This document shows positions 29,535 to 47,867 of a DNA stretch of 64,000 nt, in pieces (positions within the stretch are counted from its first letter, which is position 1; every line of letters begins with the position of its first letter). Origin of the DNA: the human T2T-CHM13v2.0 reference genome, Homo sapiens. The position numbers and the translations under genes are program-made. Below the pieces are notes generated by a model. The model saw only the letters and a list, made by a program, of their open reading frames with translations, was not told the DNA's origin and ran no database searches. The stretch lies in assembly GCF_009914755.1 (NCBI RefSeq), contig NC_060927.1. The stretch is one strand, 5' to 3'.

Positions 29535-29675
29535 TTAAATATATGATATAATTATATCAGGCAATATCTTTGAGGCATGTGAACAAATGTCTTGGTGATA
29601 GAACCTCTATATTGTTTCTTGACCAATACCATATAATATATGAGATTCTCAGTTTCCAGTGAGTGAGTGCAAATC
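29535..29675 (-). pseudogene. LRR relic exon (about two repeats)
   Basis: Acceptor tttccacag|. The phase-1 frame reads ...WYWSRNNIEVLSPRHLFTCLKDIA*YNYIIYL. The donor is weak. Confidence 0.6.
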
Positions 29676-31399
29676 CTGTGGAAATATATATTACAATTTC
29701 ACTGGCATGCCTCATAACAAATGTTTGAGAGTTCAGACATTTTTGGGACACAGTGATTTTCTAAACTTTTCAATAGCTTAAACTGTAGGGTCCAGACAAC
29801 ACATCATCATGAAAAAAATACATAAAAATAGATATCTAGAAAATTTTAGGGGAGGAAGGGCTTAGTTTTGGGAGCTATTGAGGGCTTGTAGGCTTTCCTC
29901 AGAACATTAGTTAGCCACCTGAGAATAGTGCCTGATGAAAAGTAGTGGTGACAATTCCTGGCAAAAGATTTTAATGCTCAGTAGGGAAATCCAGAAGAAT
30001 GAAGCATAGGCTGTAGTTACTTATTACACATACATATAATACATGTTAAATGTAGCTATAAAATTAGATCACACTGTATACATTTGCATCATTATATTTC
30101 ATTTGTCATGAGCATTTTGCCTATGTCAATAAATATACATTTTTCAAAAACATCATTTAAAAGTCATTGAAGTAGTTTGTTTTGTGCTATTATTTGTAAT
30201 TCTATTTTTACTGTTTGCTTTTTTACCTTTCTAAATAACATGGAACGCAGAAATATAAGAAGTATAAAAGTGTCCAAAATCTAGGAAATATTTATTTACA
30301 AAAAAATTATTTCCTTAGTATCTATTTTGAAGGGAGATTTAGTAGGATGATTGAATAAGGACATTTTTGTGAGCCTTGGTATATACTTCTGAATTGTTTT
30401 CCAAAAAGGCTATACAACTTTCCTTTTGTTGACAGACTAGCTTGACTGCCCTTTCAAGGAAAAAATATAGGCATAATGTAGCTGCATATAAACAAAGATT
30501 TGATATGGAATTATTTCATCTTTAAAGAAAAATTTGAGAAATATAGGGTATATAATAGTTCAATAAATTAAATTTGCTATAGAAAAAGGACCAGATTAAT
30601 AGAAAAAAAAAAAAACAGACTTAAAGTTTCTAGCAGATTGCCACTGGCTCTTCTATGCAGTATTTCCTTTTAAAGCAATGATAGAAACGAAGATATAGAA
30701 AATCTGTTTAGAAGATTTGATGATCACGAAAAATGATAATTTAGGAAGTAATTATTTGGTTAAATGTTGGAGGCACCAGAACATAGTAGTTAAATACGTA
30801 GGTTTTGGAGACTGATTGGGTTTTAAAATCCAGCTTTCCCACTTGTTCTGTAACTTGGGTCGAGTTACCTAACCTCATTATTCTTTTCATTACGACCTTC
30901 CTATCCATCTCAACCTCATTATTCTTTCCATTATGACCTTCCTATCCGTTCTTTTTCTTATCTGTTTGTACACAGTGTGAACACAAGCACGTTTTTTAAA
31001 ATATTTTTTTATTTCTTTATACATAATTATTTATGCGATTCCATTATGGCAAGATTGCTATTCACCTCCACTAAGAAAACAAGCTTCAACTGAAAGACAC
31101 TTTCCCTGGTGGGGAGTGGGGAATGAAGGAAGCTGGAGACAAATAATCAAATGTTTCCTAGGGCTGTCGTGAAAATGAAATGATATAAAATGTGTAAAAT
31201 GCTTAACATGTTTTCTAGCACATAGGAACTATAAAATAACTTATGATTAATATAAAGAACTATATAATTACTTATATTTGTTATTAATCTAAAAATACTT
31301 TGGTAAACTGGAAGCATGAATCAATTAATACAATCAAATATGCTAGTAATAAATATGTTTATTTACCTTGGCCTAAAAATGATGACATGATTGTCAGCT

Positions 31400-31780
31400 T
31401 TAATTATGAAAAGATGATTGATTTAATTAAATATAGGGTTGATAGTATAATGTGTCTATAAATAATTTCCAGCTAAGGATGACTAATGGCTGTATTAGTA
31501 GAAGTATAGTGTTTAGAATAAGGGAGATGATAGTCCTGTCTTACTCTGAGTTAATCACACCATGCCAGAAGCATTGTATGAAGTTCTGGATGCCAGATTT
31601 TAAGGTTAGAGTTTGGTTTGGGATTAAAGTTTATTTTAAAAAATTTATTTGTTATTGGGATTTTTTCCCTCAAGTAATATTATTTTGAGGAGAGACTGAA
31701 TAAAGTAAGGATATTTCATGTGAAGAAGGGAAGTTTGGAAGGATATGATAGCTATCCACAAGTATTTGAAAAGATACTAC
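31400..31780 (+). mobile_element. L3/CR1 fragment
   Basis: ggctgtattagtagaagtatagtgtttagaataagggagatgatagtcctg...agttctggatgccagattttaag. Confidence 0.7.
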
Positions 31781-32155
31781 ACGGATTAATTAAAGTTCTG
31801 CTCAATACAGGTAATAGGAATTAGGAAAATGTGGAAAATTTCATTGGATCTAAGGAAGATCTGAACACTCAGGCATCAGTGAGGCAGCTCCAGGTGTCTC
31901 ATTCAGCAGCAGATATTGAGGCACCTTCCTCAGTCCAGCACTTCTGAGTACTACCATTGATGTGCCTCAGCGCCAACTTCCCAAGTCTCTTCTCAATTCC
32001 GTGGAGAGAGAATCAGATTATCCAACATGTATCAGGTTCACTCTTAAATAAGTGGGAATGGAAGTAGTAAGATGGGCTTCAAATTTAGGTTCCTAGGAGT
32101 CAAAGCTAAGAATGAACATTCATCATTATTCATAGGTGGGCCTGCCTCCCTTTAC

Positions 32156-32659
32156 TTCTTTTCCTGCCTTCTCTGAAATCTAAGTGGATAGAAAGATTTT
32201 TAAAGGAGCTTTATTGACATTCTCATCCATTTCTTTCAGTGTATTGGCCTAAAGTCTATTATATAACAGTTGCTATTTATCGTTACGAAAGATTGAGCAT
32301 AAGGAAATGTCCTTTATTGAGAGATTTCTTTTCTCCTGAAATTAATGATTAATGTGATGCACCTTAAAAGGTACATAAAAATCTTGTGGAAGACATAGCT
32401 GCTAGGTAATCAATTTATTTTAGATTTGGGCCTATAGAAGCTCTCTTTTTAAGAATATTTTAGGGAAGTATTGAACATACAGTGTTTTATTTCTAATAAG
32501 AGATGGGCTTTGGTAAATGGAAATTTACAATCTTACCTATCTCTGCTATCCATTAGTACAGAAATATGAAATAAACATTAATGGCAAACATAGCAATATT
32601 TATAAATATTTTAATCAATATCGATGGCTTTTAGTAATTTTGAAAAGTTGTGTTTTTTT
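32156..32659 (-). pseudogene. Two LRR relic exons (32659-32537 and 32335-~32156) joined by a phase-1 GT-AG intron
   Basis: GCA GAG ATA G|gtaaga ... aatttcag|GA GAA AAG AAA TCT CTC splices to AEIGEKKSL, followed by LMLNLS and TLKEMDENVNK. Confidence 0.65.
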
Positions 32660-32691
32660 CTGAATCAATGAAGGTTTAAAAATCTTTTAGA

Positions 32692-33224
<533 letters not shown>

Positions 33225-34582
33225 TTGTAACTAATTACATGTCTGTACTTGTTTTGCCTGTCAGGAAGCTCAGATCCAGCTTTGCACTCTACCTCCATCA
33301 TGGACCTGCATGCTATATACCACTACATTCATGCTCTCCTTCCTTTATGCCCATGCCCTCAGCCAGCTTTTGAAAGTCCTATTATATTGTGGGTGTCTGA
33401 AACCAAGTGAATTCGTTCTTGCACTAAGATTAATATAATTAAATCAAATTAAATTTAAAATAGTTTTTAATTGGGAGACAAATTTTTTTACTTTAGGTAC
33501 TATTCTAAATAATGGCATAAATACACCAAGTAAATATAATATCTGTATTTCATATAGTAACCAACTTTTATTATAACTCTTTCTACTCAAAGTCCTCACA
33601 GTTGGGTTGATCTTTTTTTATTCTTTGCATTATTCATCTTCATCCTGGATACTAGTGAAATAGTGTCTTTTTCTGTTTACTATCTGTTAGGCTATGTTCA
33701 CAGGATTTAACATGAAAAACACAGTGAGAAAAAAACTAAAATCCAGACCCTGCCCCCCAAATCTGGTAGTTACAATAGGTCTTTTTTGTTTGTTTGTTTG
33801 TTTAATTTTAAGAAACCGGGTCTTGCTCTGTTACCCAGGTTAGAGTGCAGTGATGCAATCACAGCTCACTGTAACCTTGAATTCCTGGCATCAAGTGATC
33901 CTCTCTCCCACCTTGATCTCTTAAAGTGCTGGGATTACAGGTGTGAGCCACTGTACCAGGCTCTAACAGGTCTTTAGCCAAGAGCCTCAGAATGTCAACT
34001 CCAATGCCCAGTGTCCCTAAGGATTATATGTGTTTAAGGAATTTATCTGCTTTTTTAGTTGAAATTAATTTTCTACAAATTAGTCACTTATATACAACCT
34101 TCATAATTTTTGTCATGTTACATAAAATTTTACCATTAATTGTTTTTTGAATTAAACACTTTTTTCATTTAACTAAATCCACATAAAAAGAAAATTATAT
34201 ATCACATTATAAATGGAAAATCAGTATTACTTGTCATAGAGTAGTTAAAAACACTAATATATAATGCATATTTGACCTAACTTGATCTGTTTACCACCAG
34301 TAGTAAGTGCTATATTTTTGGAAACACTGATTTAAATGGTTTCTACTCCCTTCTCCCATGTCAAATACTAGCTTAACCAAGCTATCAATCAATCAATTCC
34401 AAACTAAGGGTCCACTCTCCATAATTCTGGCCCTACCCCTGCCCAAGTCAATAGGCTTATTAACTTTCTGAGGCCCAGGGTATAGTAGGACCAGGCACAC
34501 CCCTCACTGCTTACTTCCTAAAATTATTGGATCCAAATTTATCTCAAAGGCTTCACATCTTTCTTGTCAATGTCACACTTAC

Positions 34583-35546
34583 TTCCACTCAAGTCAAGGA
34601 CCATTAATAACCCCAGGGAAAAGACTTCATATGGAAAATCCATTCATTTCATTTTTAGGAGACAAATGTCAGTTTCAGACTTAATTTTCTTTACTTTGAT
34701 ATATTGAGTTCCAAAAAATAAGACCTTTTTCCCCTTGACTAACTCAATTACTTACAGAGACATTTCATTTTTGAAAGGATGTTAAACTTTTTATCATTAA
34801 TACATACAAAGCTATTGAGAAAATAGTTTTAAGGAATAAAAGATGGTCCTATTCTTCATTAATGTTCACATTGTGCAGAGCTCATTGCCTTTCAAAAATA
34901 TGGACATTATTTAAGATTATATAATAGCTAAGACTTGGTCTTACGCGTTTAAGTCTCTTTCTTTATGATGCAAAATTGGGTTTAAATAGACTAAAATGTT
35001 GATTGTGTTATGGAAAGTATTGACTTATTTTTCTCTTACTCTTGAAAGTTGTGTTAATTACTAAAAGTATTTGAAAAAATTACATATAAGCATTGTCAAA
35101 CCAACAAACCCCTCTGAATCTTCTCCTTCTGCATAGCAAAGATGACTTTAGGAAAAAGGTAGAAAAATCTGACCTACTTAGTCTGATACAGAAGTTGTCC
35201 TTCTAAATTTAAGATATGTCCATTTGGCAGTGTGACATTGACAGGCTTAATCTCTTCACTAACTGCCATTTTTACAACTAAAAAGGATTACAGAGGGCTA
35301 CACTGTCCATCTGTCATCCTTTCCAGGGAGTAAATTATTTTAGATTTAATTTAAAGGTCCATGGTCATTCTCCCTAAGCTGGTGGCAATGCTACTTTGTA
35401 TACTTTTGTAAGACACATCTCTGTCCCTATAAGGGTGTATCCATGAGGAGTTACTAAACCCTCTGAGTATCTGACTTACCTGTGCATTATATTCCACCTT
35501 TACCCAGTAGGAAATAGAAAAGCTGTCCAGAGGGCAAATGTCTTTC
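34583..35546 (-). pseudogene. Cluster of small relic exons: 35546-35480, 35277-35178, 34811-34756, ~34650-34583
   Basis: All four have strong donors (gtaagt or gtaggt), and three have AG acceptors. Frames read MAVSEEIKPVNVTLPNGHILNLEGQLLYQT and MDFPYEVFSLGLLMVLDLSG(N). Confidence 0.65.
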
Positions 35547-36204
35547 CTAAGATTAGTCGTGTAAACCCTGTTGATATTGTCCTCATTATAATAATTCCTA
35601 CTTAATGAGTTTTATCTTTTTACTAGATATTGTAAAAACAATGTCTATAATTCTAATAACAATCTAGCACAATAGGTGATTATACTTATTTTTCTGATGG
35701 AGTAACTGACACTAAAATATTGAGTATCAAAGCAAACCTGTGCATCAAGTTGAACTCCAATTGGTGTCATGCCTAACATTTTAATTTTGCCCCACAACTT
35801 TCCATTTTTCCTGTATGCTTTTCAAGTCTGGAGTCTACTTGATTGCCCACATTACAGTGCTTTTCTGTATTCTGTAATTTTTAGCACTTTTTGGAATACT
35901 GGACTTGGCTTGCCCTTCTAAACCATGTTTTTAGGTGTTCTCTTTACAGGATTCTGTGTCCTCATTTGGATTTATGAATCGATGGTGACCTGCCTCAACT
36001 CCTTGATCTCCTACAGAACATCTTTGGCAGGCCCATTTCTCTTAATAAAACTTCTAGCTATGGCCCCTTCTACCGCTCTTTGGATCAGGGCAGAGACTAT
36101 TGGCTAGCAGAAAGGGGGCCATATCCACCCTAAAATGTGTATATTTAGCTAACTCAGTGTTGTTGTTAATTGTTTTTTAGCAGTGACCATATTTTAAATG
36201 AAGT

Positions 36205-36500
36205 GATTTCAAAAGCCAGACACAAAAGGTCACATATTGTATGATTCTATTTCTATGAAATATCCAGAATAGGTAAATCCATAGAAATAGAAAGTAGATT
36301 GGTAGTTTCCAGAGTGGTTGCCAGAAGAGGGGATGGGGAGGATCCGCTCAGTGAGTATGGGATTTTATTTTGCAGTGGTGGAAATGTTTTGAAACTAGGT
36401 GCTAGTGGTGGTTGCACAACGCTGTGAATGTACTAAATGCTGCTGATTTTTCACTTCAAAATGATTAATTTTATGCTATGTGAATCTCACCTGAATAAGT
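36205..36500 (+). mobile_element. L1MB 3' end
   Basis: aaaagccagacacaaaaggtcacatattgtatgattc...aaatccatagaaatagaaagtagattgg. Confidence 0.85.
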
Positions 36501-37256
36501 GAATGAATAAATAGAGTGATTCAGATTTTCTACCTTTTTTGGGAAACCGCTTTCTCATTCTCACTATGTAACCATCAGCTAGGGCTAAGTAGCCACTGCT
36601 CCTTTAGATGAGGCGATATACTTTAAAGTACCACCATCACTAGCACTCTGTATTGTTTACTTGGCTCTGAGACTAAGAGTCAGTGCCAAGTTTCAACATG
36701 CACACACTGTTGACTTTACTGTGGCAGAGAGCTATTTCTCTGCATGTTCTACCAAAAATGGGAAAATGAAAGAATTGCCGAGAGGTCCATACATTTCAGG
36801 AGAGAAGTGGGGAGTCAGGGGAGAAGGAAAGGAACATACTTCCTTTCTGGAAAAGAAAGATACTCTTTTATCTTAATATGCAAATAAGGTATGTCAATGT
36901 TCAATCAGTGTCAAAGAGAAGCTTCCCTCCTTTATATACCTCCATGGGCATTTGTAGAGGTTGATTCCTAACTTGCAGTGATGTTTTAGTAACCAAATCT
37001 AACAGCAGTGGATTGGGGAAGGCAGAGCAGGAGAGAAAGGGAATCAAGTGAAATAGAGAACTATAGTGAGAAACAACAAAAACATAAAATGAATAGTATC
37101 TATTCTCCCTTAACACCTCTGATACTCTGAATGGTGTCAAGAAGACAATGACTGGTTCCCTCCTCTTAAAAATCGTGGAATAATGTCTGAAATCAATGGA
37201 AAATACTCAGTATGGATGATTTTACTCCTCTAATGGTTTCTTCACTTGAAAACCTG

Positions 37257-37895
37257 TGTAGTAAAGAATTTAACCTTGCCCGAAAGGAAATCTGACCTTT
37301 GACCTCGGCTTCTGGGAAGTAATCTCTAATATCAGGCCTGATAGGAAATTCTTTTGCCTGGAATTTCACCCAGCAGATAGTCTAATAGCCTGATGTAGAG
37401 TGGGGGCTGGCCACACCAGAAAACCTAGCAATGTGTATATTCAGAGTAGGGGTCTTGTGTCATGATATGTAACACAATCTGGAAGCTGAGATCAATCACA
37501 TGGGCAATGAATCTATCAATCGTGCCTACGTAACAGGACTCCGATCAAAACTGAATAGTGAGACATGGGTGAATTTCCCTGGTTGGCAATGCTTCACATT
37601 TATGTCACACATCAATGCTGGGAAAGTAATGCCTCCTGAATCCATGGGGAGATGACAATTGAGACCCTATGTTTGGTACTTCCTTGGACTTTGTCCTATA
37701 AGTTTTGTCCCTTGGGTGACTTTAAACTACATATTTTCCTAGTAATAAACCATAACCATGAGTATAATAGCTTTCAGTGAGTTCTTCCAGAGAATTATTG
37801 AAACTGAGAGTGGTTTTGGTATCCTTACAGAGTTGGTGTCAAAAGTGAGGGAAGTCTTGTGTGTACTGTGTACCCTCTAATTTTGCGGTTGGCTA
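37257..37895 (+). mobile_element. MER21C-type LTR
   Basis: tgtagtaaagaatttaaccttgccc...aataaaccataaccatgagtataatagctttcagtgagttc. Confidence 0.75.
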
Positions 37896-38119
37896 TGCTT
37901 TCAGAGCCCTACTCCTGACTTTTTAAAAAACACACATAAGAATGTACATATACACATGCATATCATATCTTGATTACTTCATGGGAATCACATTGGTGGA
38001 GAAAGGGACAAATGTCACCTACGTTACCCACTTCCATATTGTTTTACATTTTTTAAGTATGCATTACTTTTGTAATAAAAACATTTAAAAATTCCAAGTC
38101 TCATCTTTTTAAGCATTAC

Positions 38120-38533
38120 CTTTTTATAAAGTAAAAAATACTGTGGCAGAATAAGATGGTTTATAAAGATAACAGATATAGTGAATCTGAAAACCAATCA
38201 CAGAAGGGCATAATTAAGGTGAAATTATGCACTATACATTATAATTTATTATAATCCTTGGCAATGTTTTTAAAAAGTACATTGAATTGGGTATATAATG
38301 TGCCTGATTTTGAATAGCAATTAGGTTATTTAAACTGTAATTAGAATTTTTAAAGAAATCATCATAATTTATCTAAATATGCATGCTGAGTCATAATGTT
38401 ACTTTATGGAAATCACATCTGAGAACTATTTAAATAAAGCAGTGGAAAGTTTTGAAAATTTATTTCTAGTCATATATTGGACAAAATAGAGGTTTTTAGT
38501 TTGAAAAAACTCCTCTAAATGCCAATTTTGGAG
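38120..38533 (-). pseudogene. Multi-LRR relic exon, 414 nt (6 x 69)
   Basis: tttgattttag|LQNWHLEEFFQTKNLYFVQYMTRNKFSKLSTALFK*FS..., then SLKILIT/LNNLIAI, DYNKL*CI and NHLILPQYF, ending at donor aag|gtaatg. Confidence 0.65.
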
Positions 38534-40969
38534 CTAAAATCAAATAAGTATTTGAAAATAGTACTGGAAGATAGATTTTTAAAAGCATGAGAAATACATA
38601 AAATAAAAGAAATTAAAGTGGCATTGGTTGATTTCTCCCGCTCCTGTTCCATCACTGTCTTAGGAGCTGGGGTAAGGTGGGGACCCATACTTAGACCAAA
38701 AGTGTAACTAATGGTTTCATGATGTCAAAGACAAAACTGTGTCAGAGACAAAATTAGCAGCAATTGTTTGTTCATAAACTAGGCAAGGGAATCCATCTGT
38801 TATCACTTTGCAGCAGGAATTCTAAGGTGGTAGAAAGGAAAGTAAGTTTTATAGGGTAAAAAGAGGAAATACAAAGAATCTCTGATTGGGAAACATTTTA
38901 TTAAGGTGAGACTTTTGGAAACAGAAGCAACTTTCTCTTTGGTCTTCAGGCACATTTGGCATTCCCTGGTTAGCTTCAAGGGAGCAAGTAAGTGGTTTGG
39001 GGCCACTTCAAAAGTGAAAGGAATGTTCAGCAGTAGGGGTGGGGGTTTTCTGTAGCAGATCTTTTCCTGGCATGAATGGTGGTCAATGGGATGCTTTTTG
39101 AGGTCAAAGTATTATATGATCCTTATGGGGTAGGGGCAGGGATGGCTACCATGGCAGGCAGTTTCTCAATGAACACATGGTTGGACATCTATCAACTAAC
39201 ATTCTAGGATGAGTCACTGGCCCTTTCCTCCCCTTCTCCCTTTCTCCCTTTTCTCCTCCCGTTCCCTCCCCTAGATCCCTGCTACATAGAGCACTTTGGT
39301 CTTCCATCTGATCCTTAAACTCATGGTATCTGTTCCTGTCTTGGAGCCTCTTGTTTCATTCTTTGCCTGGAATGTTCTTCTCCTAAATCTTCACATGGCT
39401 GCATCTTCCTGTTATGCCTTAGAGAGTCCTTGCCTACCTACCCTATTTAAACCAACTATTTGAGGGAAGGGGAGAGGGAGGAAAAAAAAGTATCTTTAAA
39501 TTTGCATATGTATGTACAGAAATACTCTAGAAATATGCCTGAGATCCAACAATAGTGTGGTTACTTCTGGGAAGGAGCAGTGGGAACAAACTGAGAATAG
39601 ACACGGAGGTTAGCACAAGAGGAGGGGTTTTGCCATATAGCTTTTTAGACATTCTGATTTTCGAACCATGTGAATAAATTACCTATTCAAAATACTTTAA
39701 AAACTGAAAATTCATTAAAATAAATCACAGCCACTTAGCCATTGACCATAATTATACCTTACGATATGTACGCCTGCATGCATGTATGTTTTTTTTTTGT
39801 CTGAAAAGAACTTATTCTACCTCCACAAAGAGTTAATAATTTGAGTATAGAAGACTAAGTTGAAAATAATTTTAGCACAGAATTTTGAATACAGTTTTTC
39901 TTTATTCTTTTCTAGCATCCAATGTTCCTTTTGAGAAATTGGATGATTTTGTTGTTGTTGTTGTTTTGTAGGTGATCTTTTTCTCCCCTCCCTATTATGG
40001 AAGCTTTAAGAACAATCTCTTTATCTCTAGCATTTTTTTCCAGTGTTTTTATTGTGGTCAAATATACATAACACAAAAGTTATCATCTTCACTATTTTTA
40101 AGTGTCCGGCTTAGTGGTATTAAGTGCATTGATATTATTGTTCAACTGTCACCACCATCCATCTCCAGAACTCTTCGTCTTGCAAAACTGAAGTTTCATA
40201 TCCATTAAACAACTCTTTTGTTCTCCCAAGCCCCTGGCAACCACTATTCTGTTTCTGTCTCTATAAATTTGACTACTCTATGTACCTCAGGTAAGTGAAA
40301 CTGTACATTTTTTTATGCCTATGTTTTCATAGCACTGTTCAACATTTCCTTATGTATTCGTTTATTTTTGTCTCCTCCATTGTGTTTTAAGTTCCATGGG
40401 AGCGAAGACATTACTTTCCCTCTCATATCTGTATCCTCAATACTGAGAGTAACGCCTGGAATAGGAGGAGGTGAGTTAATGAATGTTAACTGGTAACCAA
40501 CATGGCAGTTCCTCCTGCAGGAGGAGTTTCCTCCTCCACCTTCCCAGAAGAGGTGTGAGCCCGACAGACATTAACATGTCAACAACTGCCTGGAATATGG
40601 GGCAGGTTTAGGGTTTTGTCTCTATTGCTTGAATTTCTCACTTGTGTCCATGTAGGATTTAGAATACAGTAACCAAATATGTTTACACTTATTTGGGTCA
40701 AACTAATGGAAAAATACTTAAGATGAGAAACAGTTAAGTGAAGTTTCTTAGTTGAACTTTTTTTTTTTCTTCTATCTTGTCTTGAAATAGAAGAGTAGAA
40801 AAAAAAAAGAACTGGTCTTTTTTTATTTTTTCCTATCTTGTCTTGAAATGGAAGAATATTCCACAGTCATCAAATAAATACCAGCATATTCTCAGCTTGG
40901 TAGAACCTTTACTATGATTTTGATGGAATGCTAATCTTCCATTCTTTCTGGGATATGTTTAAGCTAGAT

Positions 40970-41285
40970 AGGGGATGAGCAGCATTTTCTTATTTTAGGT
41001 CTTGTGAGCCAAATATGGCTCAACAGAAATATCTGTTGTAACTATTCATCTTGCTGTTGTCATACCAAAGCATACATAGACAATAGACAATATGTAAAGG
41101 AATAAGCATGGCTGTGTTCCAATAATAACTTACTTAGGGATACTGAATTGTGCATTTCATGTAATTTTAAGTGTCATGAAATATTTTTCTTCTTCTGATT
41201 TTTTTTCTAACAATTTAATAAAGACCACTTAGCCTGAAGGCAGTGGGCCAGATTTGGCCCATGGGCAGGAGTTTGCCCAATCTGG
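40970..41285. mobile_element. MER58B-type
   Basis: catggctgtgttccaataataacttac...ggccagatttggcccatgggc...gtttgcc. Confidence 0.75.
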
Positions 41286-41383
41286 GAGTAGACTGTTAAC
41301 ACCTTAAAGGAAAAAGTGCCTGGGAAATGTAACACAATTCCCAGATAGTATAGAGCACACAGAGACAATACATAGGAGCTTAC

Positions 41384-46020
<4,637 letters not shown>

Positions 46021-46037
46021 ATTTAAAGTCCTCATAT

Positions 46038-46334
46038 GGTCAGGCACGGTGGCTCACGCCTGTAATCACAGCACTTTGGGAGGGGCTGAGGTGGGTGGAT
46101 CACAGGGTCAGGAGATCGAGAGCATCCTGGCCAACATGGTGAAACCCCATCCCTACTAAAAATACAAAAAATTAGCTGGGTGTAGTAGCACGTGCCTGTA
46201 ATCTCAGCTACTCGGGAAGCTGAGGCACAAGAATTGCTTGAACCTGGGAGGTGGAGGTTGTTGTGAGCCAAGATCGTGCCACTGCACTCCAGCCTGGCAA
46301 TAGAGTGAGACTCCTTCTCAAAAAGAAAAAAAAA
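46038..46334 (+). mobile_element. AluS (Sc/Sg-like)
   Basis: Full dimer with A tail. Confidence 0.9.
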
Positions 46335-47867
46335 TTGTCATAAATACATAATTTTAAATCACTCTTTCTTGAGTGAGACACTGCAATTGTTATTTTCCAC
46401 AATTTTGTAGGAAAAGTTAGACTTCATTTTCTTTTCTTTCCTTGTTTCTTTTTCTTTCCCCCCTTCCTTTCTAGGCCTTTGTAATTCTCATGTCTGAGTT
46501 AAGATAAAATGACAGATGGGTCATGTATGCTATAAGGTATAATCAGTAGATGCTAATTATGAGTTTTAAAATTTTTAGATAAAAGCACCTCATGTATACT
46601 TCCAGCCCTCAAAAATACAGCCATAGGCAAGGGTGCAGCTTGAAGCTAATGTAGAGGATGTGGAGATTACCTTCTCTGACTGTGATTAATCATCCGGATT
46701 TTGCATTTCAGATTATATTTCTTTTTTTCTAACAAGTACAATAACAAAGTATCTTCCTGCCCCTTCATCCAAAATCTTGATGCCATGACTCTTCTCTAGG
46801 CCTCCCTAGAGTGTTTTAAAGGTACCAATGAGGCCTTGAGTTCAGGACTACATTGTGGATTAGACCATGAGTTAAAAGCACATGAGATGCTTTTAACACA
46901 TAGTTCAATTACTATGTGACTTAGAACAAGTCACTTCACTTTTTTGAGCTCTGATTTCACCTTTATAATACATAGGTTGTTATAAGAATTGATATTTGAA
47001 TAAAGATATTTAAAACACATGCAAAATATTTAGCATGCTATAGATAATTAAGGATTGCCAGTTCCTATTACCTACCACTGTATTTGCTGAACCCAGCTGA
47101 TAAGCCAGCACAACTTCTATGAAAGGATCTAGTCTTTCAAATAGCAAATGATATTTGAAAACATAATGGATCCAGTATTTGTTATTATAGGCCTAATACT
47201 GACTCAGTCTTTGAAGTACTTAGTCTTACGGGAAAAGTAAATAAAGGAGAAGAAGAGTGTTTAGAAAGCTGGCAGAACATTTTCAGCTGGGCTAGCCTAG
47301 TAGCAAAAGCCAGCATTAGAGAGAATTCTTAAAGAAATGGCTTATCATTAGCTGGGAGGGCAATTAATCATTTCAAACATCCTCATATTATTGAGCTATC
47401 CTTATTTTAGGGACTTCCTCGATACCACGTACTCTTTCTCTGGTTGGGTAGACATGCAATTACTTTGAAAATTTAGCCAAAGACCATACACCCTCCTTTT
47501 ACTGACAAGTCAAAGCATTGTTACCCAGAGGAAATACGGGTTACTGAATTTATCCAGGTAACTCTGAAGAATCCTTTGTTACTTTGTGTGTATTTGATCT
47601 ATATAGCTGACACATCTGGGATAGAGTGCCAGCTTTCTAATAACTCCATTTTTAATAATGTTTGGGGCCCAAAGAACTAATTATTTAGTCATGAATCAAT
47701 TGTATCTTTCTTACTTGTATACTTTGCAATTCCAAAGGATGGGAGTGCAAATAAAACCTACTGAACAAATTATTGTCTCTGTTAGGCATAGATGCTGATC
47801 TCAAACATTTTTGTATTAATCTACTTAAAAACAGTAACACAACTTGATTGAGTAAGTATTTATGGAA

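Noticed and set aside
35267-35269. Kozak-like AAAATGG as the start of a short independent LRR gene
   Set aside because: LRR relics continue upstream to ~56.4 kb, so this ATG is more likely internal.
40510-40525. Perfect 16-bp palindrome tcctcctgcaggagga
   Set aside because: About one such palindrome is expected by chance in 64 kb.
40755-40860. Short duplication ctatcttgtcttgaaat(a/g)gaaga
   Set aside because: An ordinary slippage duplication next to poly-T tracts.
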